DNA of 43,585 bases, taken from the IMG/VR virus record IMGVR_UViG_3300032306_000120, positions 1-43,585 of that record; one strand, written 5' to 3'. The stretch is from a virus (Duplodnaviria > Caudoviricetes). The notes below the pieces were generated by a model. That model was given only the letters and a program-made list of their open reading frames with translations. It had not been told where the DNA came from and searched no databases. Shown one piece after another: positions 1-8,539 of the stretch (positions are counted from its first letter, which is position 1; each line of letters opens with the position of its first letter). The position numbers and the translations under genes are program-made.

Positions 1-543
1 GCCCTTACCAGCCGAGTTGCCGCTGCCCACGAACTTGTCTTCTGAGATTGCCTTGCCGGCTCGGAAGAACGCCTTGATCACATGGACGTTGTTGCCGAGA
101 CCCGTTCGGTCGAGCAACTGCACCAAGTCGGGAGAGCCCAGCGAGTCCAAGAACTTGCGCGCGACGGCCAGGGTCTCTGGCAGCTTGTCGCCGCCGATGT
201 CCTTGTCCGCTCGAACTTCCTGTTCCCACTGAGCGGCCTCTTGTTGCCGCTGCTCTTGCGCACGCTGTGCCATCACGGGAGTGATGCGCTCCAGCAGTTG
301 CTGCGCTGCGTCCGTTGGCAGTTTCAGATCCGCAACAGCTTCGGCGTATGCACCAAGCACATGCTCGTCGTAGTTCTGACCCTCGGGGGCCGTGAACGCT
401 GGACGATCCACGGGTGCCTGGGCATCCGTGGTGTTGCTGTTCTTCTGCTGAACCTCTGGAGCGGTCTGTCCGCTCGTCGAGGGTTGCCCTGCGGTGAGTG
501 TTGTCGCCGTGCTATTCGCCGGCGGTGTCGTCGTTTCGGTCAT
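1..543 (-). CDS. Capsid scaffolding protein, N-terminal part (runs off the left edge of the window)
   Basis: Not in the ORF track because it has no stop in the window. Hand translation from ATG at 543 is open to base 1: MTETTTPPANSTATTL...FTAPEGQNYDEHVLGAYAEAVADLKLPTDAAQQLLE...W..EVRADKDIGGDKL...LLDRTGLGNNVHVIKAFFRAGKAISEDKFVGSGNSAGKG. The DKDIGG, GLGN and ISED motifs, and the position upstream of the capsid gene across the ends, match BPP-1/epsilon15-type scaffolds. Confidence 0.8.
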   Translation of the reverse strand, partial: MTETTTPPANSTATTLTAGQPSTSGQTAPEVQQKNSNTTDAQAPVDRPAFTAPEGQNYDEHVLGAYAEAVADLKLPTDAAQQLLERITPVMAQRAQEQRQQEAAQWEQEVRADKDIGGDKLPETLAVARKFLDSLGSPDLVQLLDRTGLGNNVHVIKAFFRAGKAISEDKFVGSGNSAGKG

Positions 544-847
544 GCTTTCTCTCCTTGACCATCACCGGCCATAGCTCAGGACACAGCGAGTGGATCTGCT
601 CCAGAATGCTCCCGCCGAAGTGTCGACGGCCGGCTGCGAACGCAAGCCACAAGCCGTCAGGACGGAACTCCTGCGCGAACAACTCGGATTGCTCCAAGAG
701 ACGCCACACGATGCGGCGTCCCCTTTTGCTGCTCATCAGCCACCGGATGTCCGCATCCTCGACTTCGCGCGCGAGCTTTCGATGGAGCTTGCGCTCTTCG
801 TCGGCAGCTTGCTCCGCTTCGCTGTGGATGACGGGGTCGTTGGTCAC
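512..847 (-). CDS. Bbp19-like small head-region protein
   Basis: DIRWLMSSKRGRRIVWRLLEQS...AFAAGRRHFG pattern, typical of the small gene between portal and scaffold in BPP-1-like podoviruses. GTG start. Confidence 0.7.
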   Translation of the reverse strand: MTNDPVIHSEAEQAADEERKLHRKLAREVEDADIRWLMSSKRGRRIVWRLLEQSELFAQEFRPDGLWLAFAAGRRHFGGSILEQIHSLCPELWPVMVKERKHDRNDDTAGE

Positions 848-884
848 GTTGTGATGTTCTGCTGGTTGGATGCGTTCTGCATAC

Positions 885-2753
885 CTAGATCGCCCACCAG
901 CGTGCTTGCGCCGGCGACGTGATCACCTGTTTCGACAGGCCCAGCAACACGCTCGCAGCTTCAGTCCACGGACTGCATGCCGTCGAGATGTAGACGTTGT
1001 CGTTCCACGAATCGTTGTAGCTGAGTAGCGGCCAGTCGGTCGGAGCGAACGCGTCGCCGCCGTTCCAGCGGATCGCGTAGGCGTGGAACCTCTGCGAGTC
1101 GACCTGTTGCCATGCGTTGGCATGCACGACGTTGGCGATGCCCATGGCGATGTCGTGGTATTTGATCGCCAGCGCATCGTTGCCGGCGGCCAGCAACTGC
1201 CTCGATGCAGCCATGATACCGATGACGACGATCGTCTCTTGCCACGGTTGCCAACCGATGACGGGCTGGTTCTGCGAACTGACCCATCCGTATTTGGCCT
1301 GCTCGTAGCCGCCGATGATGCGGATCGGCTTGTCGGCCGGCAGCGTCGCCATCGACGCGGTGCGCAGCGCGGTCTCGATGCCGATGACCATCGTCGAGTC
1401 GTCAGCAAGGCCCAGCCACATTTGGTTGGCGCGCGTCAACGCCAAGCGACCTACCGCGCGCGGGGATTGCTGAAGACCTCGACGCACATGCACGTCGGTC
1501 TTGTCGAGCTCGACGTGCGCGCGCACCAACTGCTCCAATGCTGGGTCAGCCGTCAGCGCGATTGTCGCATGCAGGAAGTTGTCGCTGCGATGCTGATCGT
1601 CCGACGTCGTCCACAGCACCGTGCCGGCAGACGGGATCCAACCGATCTGGTTCTGCCCAGGCCAGCCAAGACGATCCTGCAAGCCGAAGGACAGATCTGG
1701 CCGTTGGTTGAGCGTCTCTGCCTTCGGGTGATCGACCGCGCGCATCGGAACTCCGCCGCCGTCTCGGTTGTTCACCGGACGCTGCACATAGCTCTGGCAT
1801 TGCCACAGAGCGTCGTGGATCTCCCACGGGCCGTTGCAGGTGACCGCGAGATCGGACGCTGCGCCGAAGTCTGCTTGCTCGCCAGTCGTCCCGCTTTCGC
1901 GCGGCTGGCAACGCGGACGCGGTGCTGCGTAGCCAACGAACGTCTGGTTCTTGTAGGAGTGGTAGTGCGCGATGTTCTGGGTCTCGGTTGCCTGCACGCT
2001 CTTGGGCACGCGACCCAATGCCATCCAGTGACCGTCCCATTCCGAGAACAGGCCGAACATCTGGAGGCCTTGCTCGCGTGCTTGGTTAGCCGCTGCGTGG
2101 ATGGAGCCTCGAAGCTCAAACGTCGACGCGCGATGCCAACGCGTGCTGTCCGTCGTGATTGCGACGACCGAACGGTTGCCCAGTCGCGAGACCGCGTGCC
2201 CGTTACGGCGCGCAAAGTCGACCGACATGGGAAGTCCGGTCTCCATGCTCAGTGCCGGCAGGTTGACGGCTTGTGCTTGTCCGTCGTTCTCCGTCGTGCC
2301 GTAGACCGCATGCGCTACGAAGTCGACGCTGGAAAGCGTGCTGTAGGCGGTGCACCACACGTCGACGGTCACCCGATACGTCGGGAACCAGTGGCGGAAC
2401 AGGTAGGTGGACGTCGCCTCGCTGGTCGTCACCTGCTGCAACGACATCTCGCCGGCGACTCCACCCATCCAGAACCGTGGCACTGCGAGATCAATGTCCT
2501 GAGCCAACGCAGGGTGCCACTTGAACTGGTCGGGCTCACGCTTGTCTTCCGTGAACTCCAGCTTCTTCGCATGGCCCGCCGGCATCGTCACCAGCACTCG
2601 GATACCACGGCCAGATGCGTCCTTGGCGTAGGGATACTTGTAGACCCCGTCCGTCAGCCAGCCATTGTCTGGCACGTTCCGCTGCTTGGGGATACCACAG
2701 AACACCCATGCTGTTGTTCCGTAGTTCGCGAGGTTCTCGATGGTGACGTGCAT
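885..2753 (-). CDS. 622-aa accessory protein, possibly beta-sandwich plus (alpha/alpha) toroid carbohydrate-active-like
   Basis: Start chosen at ATG 2753 (TGATG overlap with the upstream stop). Beta-rich N-half, then a helical Trp-rich C-half (SDDQHRSDNFL, SPRAVGRL, WQPWQETIVVIGI). The fold call is inference only. Confidence 0.6.
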   Translation of the reverse strand: MHVTIENLANYGTTAWVFCGIPKQRNVPDNGWLTDGVYKYPYAKDASGRGIRVLVTMPAGHAKKLEFTEDKREPDQFKWHPALAQDIDLAVPRFWMGGVAGEMSLQQVTTSEATSTYLFRHWFPTYRVTVDVWCTAYSTLSSVDFVAHAVYGTTENDGQAQAVNLPALSMETGLPMSVDFARRNGHAVSRLGNRSVVAITTDSTRWHRASTFELRGSIHAAANQAREQGLQMFGLFSEWDGHWMALGRVPKSVQATETQNIAHYHSYKNQTFVGYAAPRPRCQPRESGTTGEQADFGAASDLAVTCNGPWEIHDALWQCQSYVQRPVNNRDGGGVPMRAVDHPKAETLNQRPDLSFGLQDRLGWPGQNQIGWIPSAGTVLWTTSDDQHRSDNFLHATIALTADPALEQLVRAHVELDKTDVHVRRGLQQSPRAVGRLALTRANQMWLGLADDSTMVIGIETALRTASMATLPADKPIRIIGGYEQAKYGWVSSQNQPVIGWQPWQETIVVIGIMAASRQLLAAGNDALAIKYHDIAMGIANVVHANAWQQVDSQRFHAYAIRWNGGDAFAPTDWPLLSYNDSWNDNVYISTACSPWTEAASVLLGLSKQVITSPAQARWWAI

Positions 2754-3142
2754 CAGCCGCCCACCCGTTGCGTGACGTAGACGCTGCACACAAATGCGCC
2801 GCCGGTGCCAGCCTTTGCGTAAAGTGCCAACGTTCGTGGGGCCACGTTCAGTTCGCTTGACGTGGAATAGATGGTGACACTTGGGATCAACAGGTCGTTG
2901 CTCCCCGTTGGGGCCAACGCTTCTGCAACGGCACCTTGTCCAACAGCGACCGCTGGGTCGGATCCTGCCAACACCTGAAACTGTCCAGCGGTCCAGGTGA
3001 CCGTGTTTCCCACAGAATACCTGACCGAAGCCGACGTTGTGATTTCAAGCCAAGCAGTGTTGTCGCCTGGGTTGAGAGCCACGCTGTAGGCCTTGGTGTA
3101 TAGATCTGAGGTCGTGACTGACGTCCAAGCGACTTGTGCCAT
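2753..3142 (-). CDS. Hypothetical beta-rich protein, probably virion-associated
   Basis: 129 aa, rich in T/S/V/A/G. Follows the portal with a GAGG SD and is coupled to the next gene. Confidence 0.65.
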   Translation of the reverse strand: MAQVAWTSVTTSDLYTKAYSVALNPGDNTAWLEITTSASVRYSVGNTVTWTAGQFQVLAGSDPAVAVGQGAVAEALAPTGSNDLLIPSVTIYSTSSELNVAPRTLALYAKAGTGGAFVCSVYVTQRVGG

Positions 3143-3149
3143 GGTTCCT

Positions 3150-4844
3150 CTACAGCATCTGCGGGGAAGGTGAGTTGTAGCCGCTGAACATGCCCATCAC
3201 GTCCGAGGTCGCGGCGTTCATCGGGGTGCCACGCAAGTTGCCCATGGCCTTGGTTTGCTGCTCCAGCGCAGCAGTCTGTTCCTTGGCAGCCATCGCAGCT
3301 TCGCGTGCTTGACGGATCTGCACGACGTCTTCCGTCGCGAGGATCAGCTTGGGATCGACGCCCAGCATGTCGCCGTATGCATCGGCCCACACATCAGGGT
3401 CAAACTTGTCGAGCACTTCGGGCTTCATCTGCGCGACGATGCCAAGGCTGCCGACGAAGCGATCGACCGAGTTGGTGCCGATCGCGCGCTGCGCTTGTGC
3501 CAGCATGCTGACGAACTCGACCGACAGGTCTTGGCCTGAGAGCTCTTCGGGCGGCGGCGGGATCGCGCCCGACTCCAGCATGCGCTCGAAGGTGATGTCG
3601 ATGAGCGGGTCGAGCAACTCGTTGTGCAGACGCTCCAGCACCGGCCCCAACATGAGTAGCTTCTCTTCGTGTCGCTCTGCGACCTCGGTTGCCGTCATGC
3701 GCGGGTTGTTCGCGTTGTTGGCGAGCATCAAGAACAGGTCCGCGTAGAACGCGCTGTTGATGCGTTGCCGGCAATCGCCGATGTCCTGCAACAGGTAGGA
3801 CAGGTTGAGGTTGACCTCGAACGCTGTGCGGATGCCGCTGTTGGGTCCAGACGCGTCGACGAACGAGATGCCTCCAGGCAGCATCTCGATGTCGCGGTTC
3901 TTTGCAGACGTCGGTGCTTGCAGCGGCGGCTTAGTCTGCAAGTCGATCGCTTGCGCCTTGCGCAGTTGCTCGTGTTGCAGCTGCTTGACGTCACCCAAGC
4001 ACTCCATGCCAGGGCTGTGCCCGTAGATGTCGCCGCCGGCGGTGCCCCATCGTGGACACAGCACAGGGAACCTGCGGTAGCCCGACTCGCGCAGATACTT
4101 GTTGTGCTCGCCTCCGATCTCGAAGTAGCACGACTTGTAGGGCATGTTGATGTCGTCGAGCTTCGACGCATCGCGATCCTCGCGCGGCTCGATGGCATGG
4201 ATGACCGTGATCCATGTGTCGAGGTTGCCGCGACGCCACTGCTCCTGCACCTGCGTCGAGCAGTTCTCCAGCTTGAACTCCTTGACGAGTTGCGCGACCG
4301 TCATCTCGAACTCGCGGTAGAGGCAGTCGACGCGGCCCTTGTAGTCCGCTGCGATGCAATACTCGCCGACCGTGAGCGGGTGCTGGTGGATGACGTTGTC
4401 GTAGTCCGGCATCACGAGCGATGCCGCAGTGCCGAACGCTGCGAGTTCGCCGTAGACCTGATGCAACGCGCGGTAGGTGTTGCTGCGCGCGAACACCGAC
4501 TGCATGCGACGCGTGACGTCGTCGAGCCACAGCTTGACGGGGTAGAACTTGTTGAGGTCTGGGTCGGCCGTCGCCAACCGAAACCACGGGCGCGCGGGGC
4601 TCGTAGCACCTGCCATCAATCCCGACTCGCAAACGCGCAGCGCGCGCGTGCCCGTGTTGTCGTAGATGAGGTTGTGCCGCTTCGTTCCGCGATTGCGATC
4701 CTGAACGAAGAACCTGCCGTTGCGTGGCAGCAGGTAGTCGCTGATCTCCTTCCAGTGCATCCACCACGACGCACGTTCGCTCTTCAGCTGTCCCCAACGG
4801 GTCAGCAGATCGCTCCGCCTCTTGGTGGATCCGGTGTAGGTCAC
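3150..4844 (-). CDS. Portal (head-tail connector) protein, T7 gp8/Bbp21 family
   Basis: Family motifs IYDNTG, TSPARPWFRL, FGTA, YGHSPGM, MTATEVAERHEEKLLMLGPVLERL and SMLAQAQR. Confidence 0.95.
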   Translation of the reverse strand: MTYTGSTKRRSDLLTRWGQLKSERASWWMHWKEISDYLLPRNGRFFVQDRNRGTKRHNLIYDNTGTRALRVCESGLMAGATSPARPWFRLATADPDLNKFYPVKLWLDDVTRRMQSVFARSNTYRALHQVYGELAAFGTAASLVMPDYDNVIHQHPLTVGEYCIAADYKGRVDCLYREFEMTVAQLVKEFKLENCSTQVQEQWRRGNLDTWITVIHAIEPREDRDASKLDDINMPYKSCYFEIGGEHNKYLRESGYRRFPVLCPRWGTAGGDIYGHSPGMECLGDVKQLQHEQLRKAQAIDLQTKPPLQAPTSAKNRDIEMLPGGISFVDASGPNSGIRTAFEVNLNLSYLLQDIGDCRQRINSAFYADLFLMLANNANNPRMTATEVAERHEEKLLMLGPVLERLHNELLDPLIDITFERMLESGAIPPPPEELSGQDLSVEFVSMLAQAQRAIGTNSVDRFVGSLGIVAQMKPEVLDKFDPDVWADAYGDMLGVDPKLILATEDVVQIRQAREAAMAAKEQTAALEQQTKAMGNLRGTPMNAATSDVMGMFSGYNSPSPQML

Positions 4845-4845
4845 T

Positions 4846-5130
4846 TCAGCCCAGCGTGTTGTTGGTGCCGTAGGGTTGCGTGAGCATGGTGCTCGCCGCG
4901 CCCTGCGTGGATGGACGACGAGCCGCAGTGAGCAGGCTCATCATGTCGGGGGCCTTCTGGTTCGCGCGCGCCTTCTCCATCGCGGAGATGCGCTCTTGGC
5001 GAATCGCAGCGGACTCCGCCTTCTTCTGCGCGTCGTCCTGCTGCTTGAGTGCTTCCTTCTGCGCCTTCTCGGCGCGACGGCCCTGCTGCACTGCGCCGAT
5101 GATCGGCGTGTAGCTCAATACGTCGCCCAT
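4846..5130 (-). CDS. Small virion-associated protein upstream of portal
   Basis: 94 aa, coiled-coil middle, C-terminal STMLT motif. This is the usual pre-portal position. Confidence 0.65.
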   Translation of the reverse strand: MGDVLSYTPIIGAVQQGRRAEKAQKEALKQQDDAQKKAESAAIRQERISAMEKARANQKAPDMMSLLTAARRPSTQGAASTMLTQPYGTNNTLG

Positions 5131-5135
5131 GTCAG
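5120..5135. repeat. 16-bp direct repeat ACGTCGCCCATGTCAG, copy 1
   Basis: Identical to 5841-5856. On the minus strand it spans a TGA stop, a C, and the start of MGDV. Confidence 0.85.
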
Positions 5136-5596
5136 AGCTCCATGCTGTAGATGGTTTCGTGGATGCTGTAGGTGCTACGGATCAGGATCTGATCCATCGC
5201 CGTGTTGGGCTTGGCGTGCATGGTGATGCGCGTGCAGCCTTCCTTCGTCGCCAACTGCTCGACCATCTGCATGAGCCTGCGGCAGACGTTGAGCCTGCGA
5301 TAGGTCGGGTGCACGAACATCGCGACGTGGTTGCACCAAAGCTCGTCGTAGAACAGGTGCTGCGTCAGCGTGTTGATGCTGTAGCCGACGAGACGCTCGC
5401 CGTCGTAGACCGCAACAGCGAGGAACTCGTTGCGTGCTTCGCAGTCGTAGAACGGCTCAGTGTCGATCGACAGCTTTGCACCCGTGCCCACTTCCTCGAA
5501 GTGCAGGTTGAACAACTCGGTCGACGCTGGGTTGTGCACCAGATGTGCGACGGTCGTCCTGCTGAACGTCAGCGTGGGTGGAACTTCGAGCTTCAT
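5132..5596 (-). CDS. GNAT-family acetyltransferase
   Basis: Acetyl-CoA-binding motif A region (VYDGERLVGY...AMFVHPTYRRLNVCRRLMQMVEQLATKEGC). ATG at 5596 preferred over TTG at 5605. Confidence 0.85.
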   Translation of the reverse strand: MKLEVPPTLTFSRTTVAHLVHNPASTELFNLHFEEVGTGAKLSIDTEPFYDCEARNEFLAVAVYDGERLVGYSINTLTQHLFYDELWCNHVAMFVHPTYRRLNVCRRLMQMVEQLATKEGCTRITMHAKPNTAMDQILIRSTYSIHETIYSMEL

Positions 5597-5638
5597 CGCA
5601 GGCAACCGTAGTCCTGTCCGAACCCGTGATGCATACCG

Positions 5639-5851
5639 TCACCTCGTCGGACCGATGGGACGCTTGCCGGTCAGCATGGTCGAGTTGGTCACGTCGCCAG
5701 CCATCCCCGGCGTCTCTTGGTTGCGCGCTGCGGTCAGCATGCTGGGCTGCGCCGGTGCAATGCGCGCGGAAGGGATTCGGAACGGCTCTGCCGCTGGCCT
5801 GTTCCTCGGCTTGCCTCGCACCGTGTCCCATGCTTTCTGAACGTCGCCCAT
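5639..5851 (-). CDS. Small protein paralogous to 4846..5130
   Basis: 70 aa from ATG 5851. Shares the MGDV start, LTAAR and STMLT with 4846..5130. Confidence 0.6.
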   Translation of the reverse strand: MGDVQKAWDTVRGKPRNRPAAEPFRIPSARIAPAQPSMLTAARNQETPGMAGDVTNSTMLTGKRPIGPTR

Positions 5852-5856
5852 GTCAG
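5841..5856. repeat. 16-bp direct repeat ACGTCGCCCATGTCAG, copy 2
   Basis: Identical to 5120-5135. Confidence 0.85.
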
Positions 5857-7400
5857 TTGCTCCAGCTGCCTCGCAGCGTCTTGGGGTCGTAAGGGTCGTA
5901 TTCGCCACGCGCTCGGCGGCCGTAGGTGCGGTCGATCTCGGCCTGCTTCGGCGTGTCGAGCAGGGCAAGGCAGAACGCCGACGCGTAGTCCGGTGATCGC
6001 TTCAGCCGGTCGTAGATCTCCTCGCGGCTGTCGACCATGATCGTGGCCCCCGACAGCCTCCAGGTCGGGCACGTCAGGTCGGCCAGCAAGCGAGGACTCG
6101 GCGGCAGCGCGATGCCTCGATTCGACGTCGGGTCCAGTGCCTCGCGCATGCGCCACCACAACTCGGACCGCAGGTTCTTGAACCGCAGTCGGCCCGACTT
6201 GTCGACACCGCGCGCGGACTCTGCCACGTTCACGCCGAGCACCTGCTGCATCGCCTGCACCAGGAAGTCGTAGGGGCTCGCGCCCACGCCGATCACGTCG
6301 ATGTGGAGCGGAGCCCGATCTCGCGCGGCTGCGATCACGAGCCCTGCCACGGTCGGCCCGTCGGGCGTCTCCCGGCCTGGGTAGACCAGCGGCTCGTCGA
6401 ACCAGTTGCCATGCCTGCGGGCGATGATCGTGTCGTCCCGCCCACCGCGCGCGACGTCCACGCCGACCGAGTCCATGGGCGGCTTGACGTCCAGCGGCTT
6501 CCAGCGTGCCTGCGCCGCCTCCACCCATGCCGTCGGGATCACCTGCCACGGGTCGTCCTGCACGCCTGCATGGAAGTCGCCGTGCAGCATTTGACTGCGC
6601 AGCGGCTCGGGCAGGCTTTGCAGCTGCGCCATGTAGCCGGTGTTGAGTAGGAACGGGTTGTCGGTCACCCTGCTGGGGATGAACGTCCGGCTCTGCGGGA
6701 TGATGTGGTCGGCCCCCACCGTGAACGGCTCGCCGCTGTCGACCTCGACGTCCTTGCCGTCCAGCGTGGCGAACCAGCGCACCTCTCCCGGCTTCGCTGG
6801 CCTCGGGTGCCCCTTGTCCAGCCACGGCGCGAAGTAGCGGATGACCCACCTGCCCTCGACCGTCGTCGGCGGGTTGAACGTCATCACGACGCGGCACCGC
6901 TGGCCTACCTCGGTCGTGCGCAGCCAGCCCATCAGGAAGCGCACGGCCGACTCGCGCATGTTGGACGCTTCGTCGAACACGAGCAGGTCGTGCGGGCGTC
7001 CCTGGTATTTGCGTTCCTCGTCGGGTGCTGGGAAGGAGCCTAGCTCGATCTGCAACGGCACCCGATCCCAACGCTGCGTGCGCCAGATGCGGTCGCTTCC
7101 GTTCCAGCCATCGCGGTTGCCGATCACCTCGGCCAGACGGTCGACGATGCCGGTCAACTCGGTGCCGTTCTGGCGGAAGATGCCGACGCGCCGGTGCTGC
7201 GTGACGGACAGCCCGACGGCCAGATCGGTCTTGCCACCACCTGCCGCGCCGCCGTAGCCGACGACCGTCGCCCCGCTCTCCATCGCCTGCGTCTGCGGTC
7301 CAGGAAGCGGGCTCCACGGCGGGGACTGAGCAAGCAGACGGTCAAGCTCGGCGCGCTCCTCGTCGGTCAAGGCAGCCAGCACAGCGGGGTCGACGTTCAT
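5853..7400 (-). CDS. terL: Terminase large subunit
   Basis: Walker A GGAAGGGKT, Walker B LLVFDEA, motif III TFNP, RNase H-like nuclease residues GVDVARGGRD, IDVIGVG and SPDYASA. Confidence 0.95.
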   Translation of the reverse strand: MNVDPAVLAALTDEERAELDRLLAQSPPWSPLPGPQTQAMESGATVVGYGGAAGGGKTDLAVGLSVTQHRRVGIFRQNGTELTGIVDRLAEVIGNRDGWNGSDRIWRTQRWDRVPLQIELGSFPAPDEERKYQGRPHDLLVFDEASNMRESAVRFLMGWLRTTEVGQRCRVVMTFNPPTTVEGRWVIRYFAPWLDKGHPRPAKPGEVRWFATLDGKDVEVDSGEPFTVGADHIIPQSRTFIPSRVTDNPFLLNTGYMAQLQSLPEPLRSQMLHGDFHAGVQDDPWQVIPTAWVEAAQARWKPLDVKPPMDSVGVDVARGGRDDTIIARRHGNWFDEPLVYPGRETPDGPTVAGLVIAAARDRAPLHIDVIGVGASPYDFLVQAMQQVLGVNVAESARGVDKSGRLRFKNLRSELWWRMREALDPTSNRGIALPPSPRLLADLTCPTWRLSGATIMVDSREEIYDRLKRSPDYASAFCLALLDTPKQAEIDRTYGRRARGEYDPYDPKTLRGSWSN

Positions 7401-7726
7401 CGGTAGCCCTTGGCCTGCCTTGCAGTGCTGCGCAGGCTGCGCGGCCCATCGCCACGGTTCACGTCCTTGAGCGACTGCTGCCGCTTGACGGACACCGGCG
7501 GCTCTGCCGTTGCAGGCGTCGCGTTCTCGATCTCATCGATCAGCATCCAGACATAGTTTGCTGCCGCGACCACCGCCTCCTGCCAGGACTCGTCCAGGGT
7601 GGGCCAGCCGTCCACCAGTTCGAGCTTCGCGCGCGTGGTGGACGACAGGGTGCCCTTCAGGATCGCGAGATCCAGCGAGCTTGGGGGCGGCTTGGCGGGC
7701 CAGCCTGCGAACAGGGCGAGGAGCAT
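7397..7726 (-). CDS. Hypothetical protein
   Basis: 109-aa ORF tightly packed between neighbours, with an ATGA overlap with terL. Confidence 0.55.
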   Translation of the reverse strand: MLLALFAGWPAKPPPSSLDLAILKGTLSSTTRAKLELVDGWPTLDESWQEAVVAAANYVWMLIDEIENATPATAEPPVSVKRQQSLKDVNRGDGPRSLRSTARQAKGYR

Positions 7727-7727
7727 G

Positions 7728-7925
7728 CTACAGCGCGCGCCTCTCTGTTGGCGTCATGCGGTCCCACTTGCCAAGGCAGCCGGTGCAGCAGAACCCGACG
7801 ACCTCGCCGTCAAGCACGCGCGTCGGCACCGATGCGTCGGCGGGCTTGTGCAGGATCGGGCAGTGCCTGGGTGCTGGTTGGGCAGCGCAGGAAGCGAAGA
7901 GAAGGCAGAGGAGGAGGGTGCGCAT
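7728..7925 (-). CDS. Small lipoprotein with YHS/TRASH-like Cys metal-binding motif
   Basis: MRTLLLCLLFASC is a signal peptide with lipobox, followed by CPI...VVGFCCTGCLGKW. TGATG overlap with the upstream gene. Confidence 0.7.
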   Translation of the reverse strand: MRTLLLCLLFASCAAQPAPRHCPILHKPADASVPTRVLDGEVVGFCCTGCLGKWDRMTPTERRAL

Positions 7926-8539
7926 CAGTATTCGTAGCCGGTGATGGTCACGTCCCACGTTGGGGCGTTGGTGGTGTAGGTAGCCGCAGCCGTCATGCCG
8001 AACTGGAGCGTGCCGTCGCCGGTGATCTCGGGGCCGTCGCCGCTCCACGTCAGCGTGACGCGGTCCCATGCGCTTGCGGTCGCCGGGGTCGCCGAGCGCG
8101 CGGAGAGCATGACTGCCGACGAGGTCGTGACCGCGCCGCCCGTGTTGACGCGCAGCGCGAAGGTCGTCGTCTGCACGGTCGCCGTCGCGTTGCCGCGCGT
8201 TGCCACCGTCATCGACGTGAGCCGGAACCGCTTGCCGCTCGTGACAACGAAGGACGTGCCCGTGGTCACGGTCGCGCCGGGAGCGTTCGAGCGCGAGAGC
8301 GTGATCGCCGTCTCGGTGCCGGTCGTGCCCGCTGCTGCGGCCACTGCCCAGAAGGCCAGCACCGTGCGGTCGTGGTCCATCGTCAGCACCGGCAGCGGGT
8401 TGACGCGTGACACGTCGCCATCGTTCGTGCCGTCGGCCCCATGCACGACCTTGACGCGCTGGAAGGCGACGCCGCCGATGTCGTCGGCCGCGATGACGGA
8501 GCCGCCCGCCCCAGGGTTCAGTTGAACATTGTCAGCCAT
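7925..8539 (-). CDS. Thr/Ala/Gly-rich beta protein, putative virion decoration or fibre-like protein
   Basis: MADNVQLNPGAGGSVIAADDIGGVAFQRVK N-terminus and all-beta composition ending in ITGYEY. Confidence 0.6.
   Translation of the reverse strand: MADNVQLNPGAGGSVIAADDIGGVAFQRVKVVHGADGTNDGDVSRVNPLPVLTMDHDRTVLAFWAVAAAAGTTGTETAITLSRSNAPGATVTTGTSFVVTSGKRFRLTSMTVATRGNATATVQTTTFALRVNTGGAVTTSSAVMLSARSATPATASAWDRVTLTWSGDGPEITGDGTLQFGMTAAATYTTNAPTWDVTITGYEY

Noticed and set aside
1083-2780. Long plus-strand ORFs antisense to real genes (e.g. 1083..2780, 3669..4883, 22333..24063, 25490..26941, 28528..29685)
   Set aside because: These are shadow ORFs caused by high GC and codon bias on the coding strand. 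They have no motifs and fully overlap well-supported minus-strand genes.
5734-7317. 527-aa alternative-frame ORF inside terL, and similar Arg-rich same-strand ORFs
   Set aside because: Arg/Gly/Ala-rich off-frame translation typical of GC-rich DNA, with no independent evidence.
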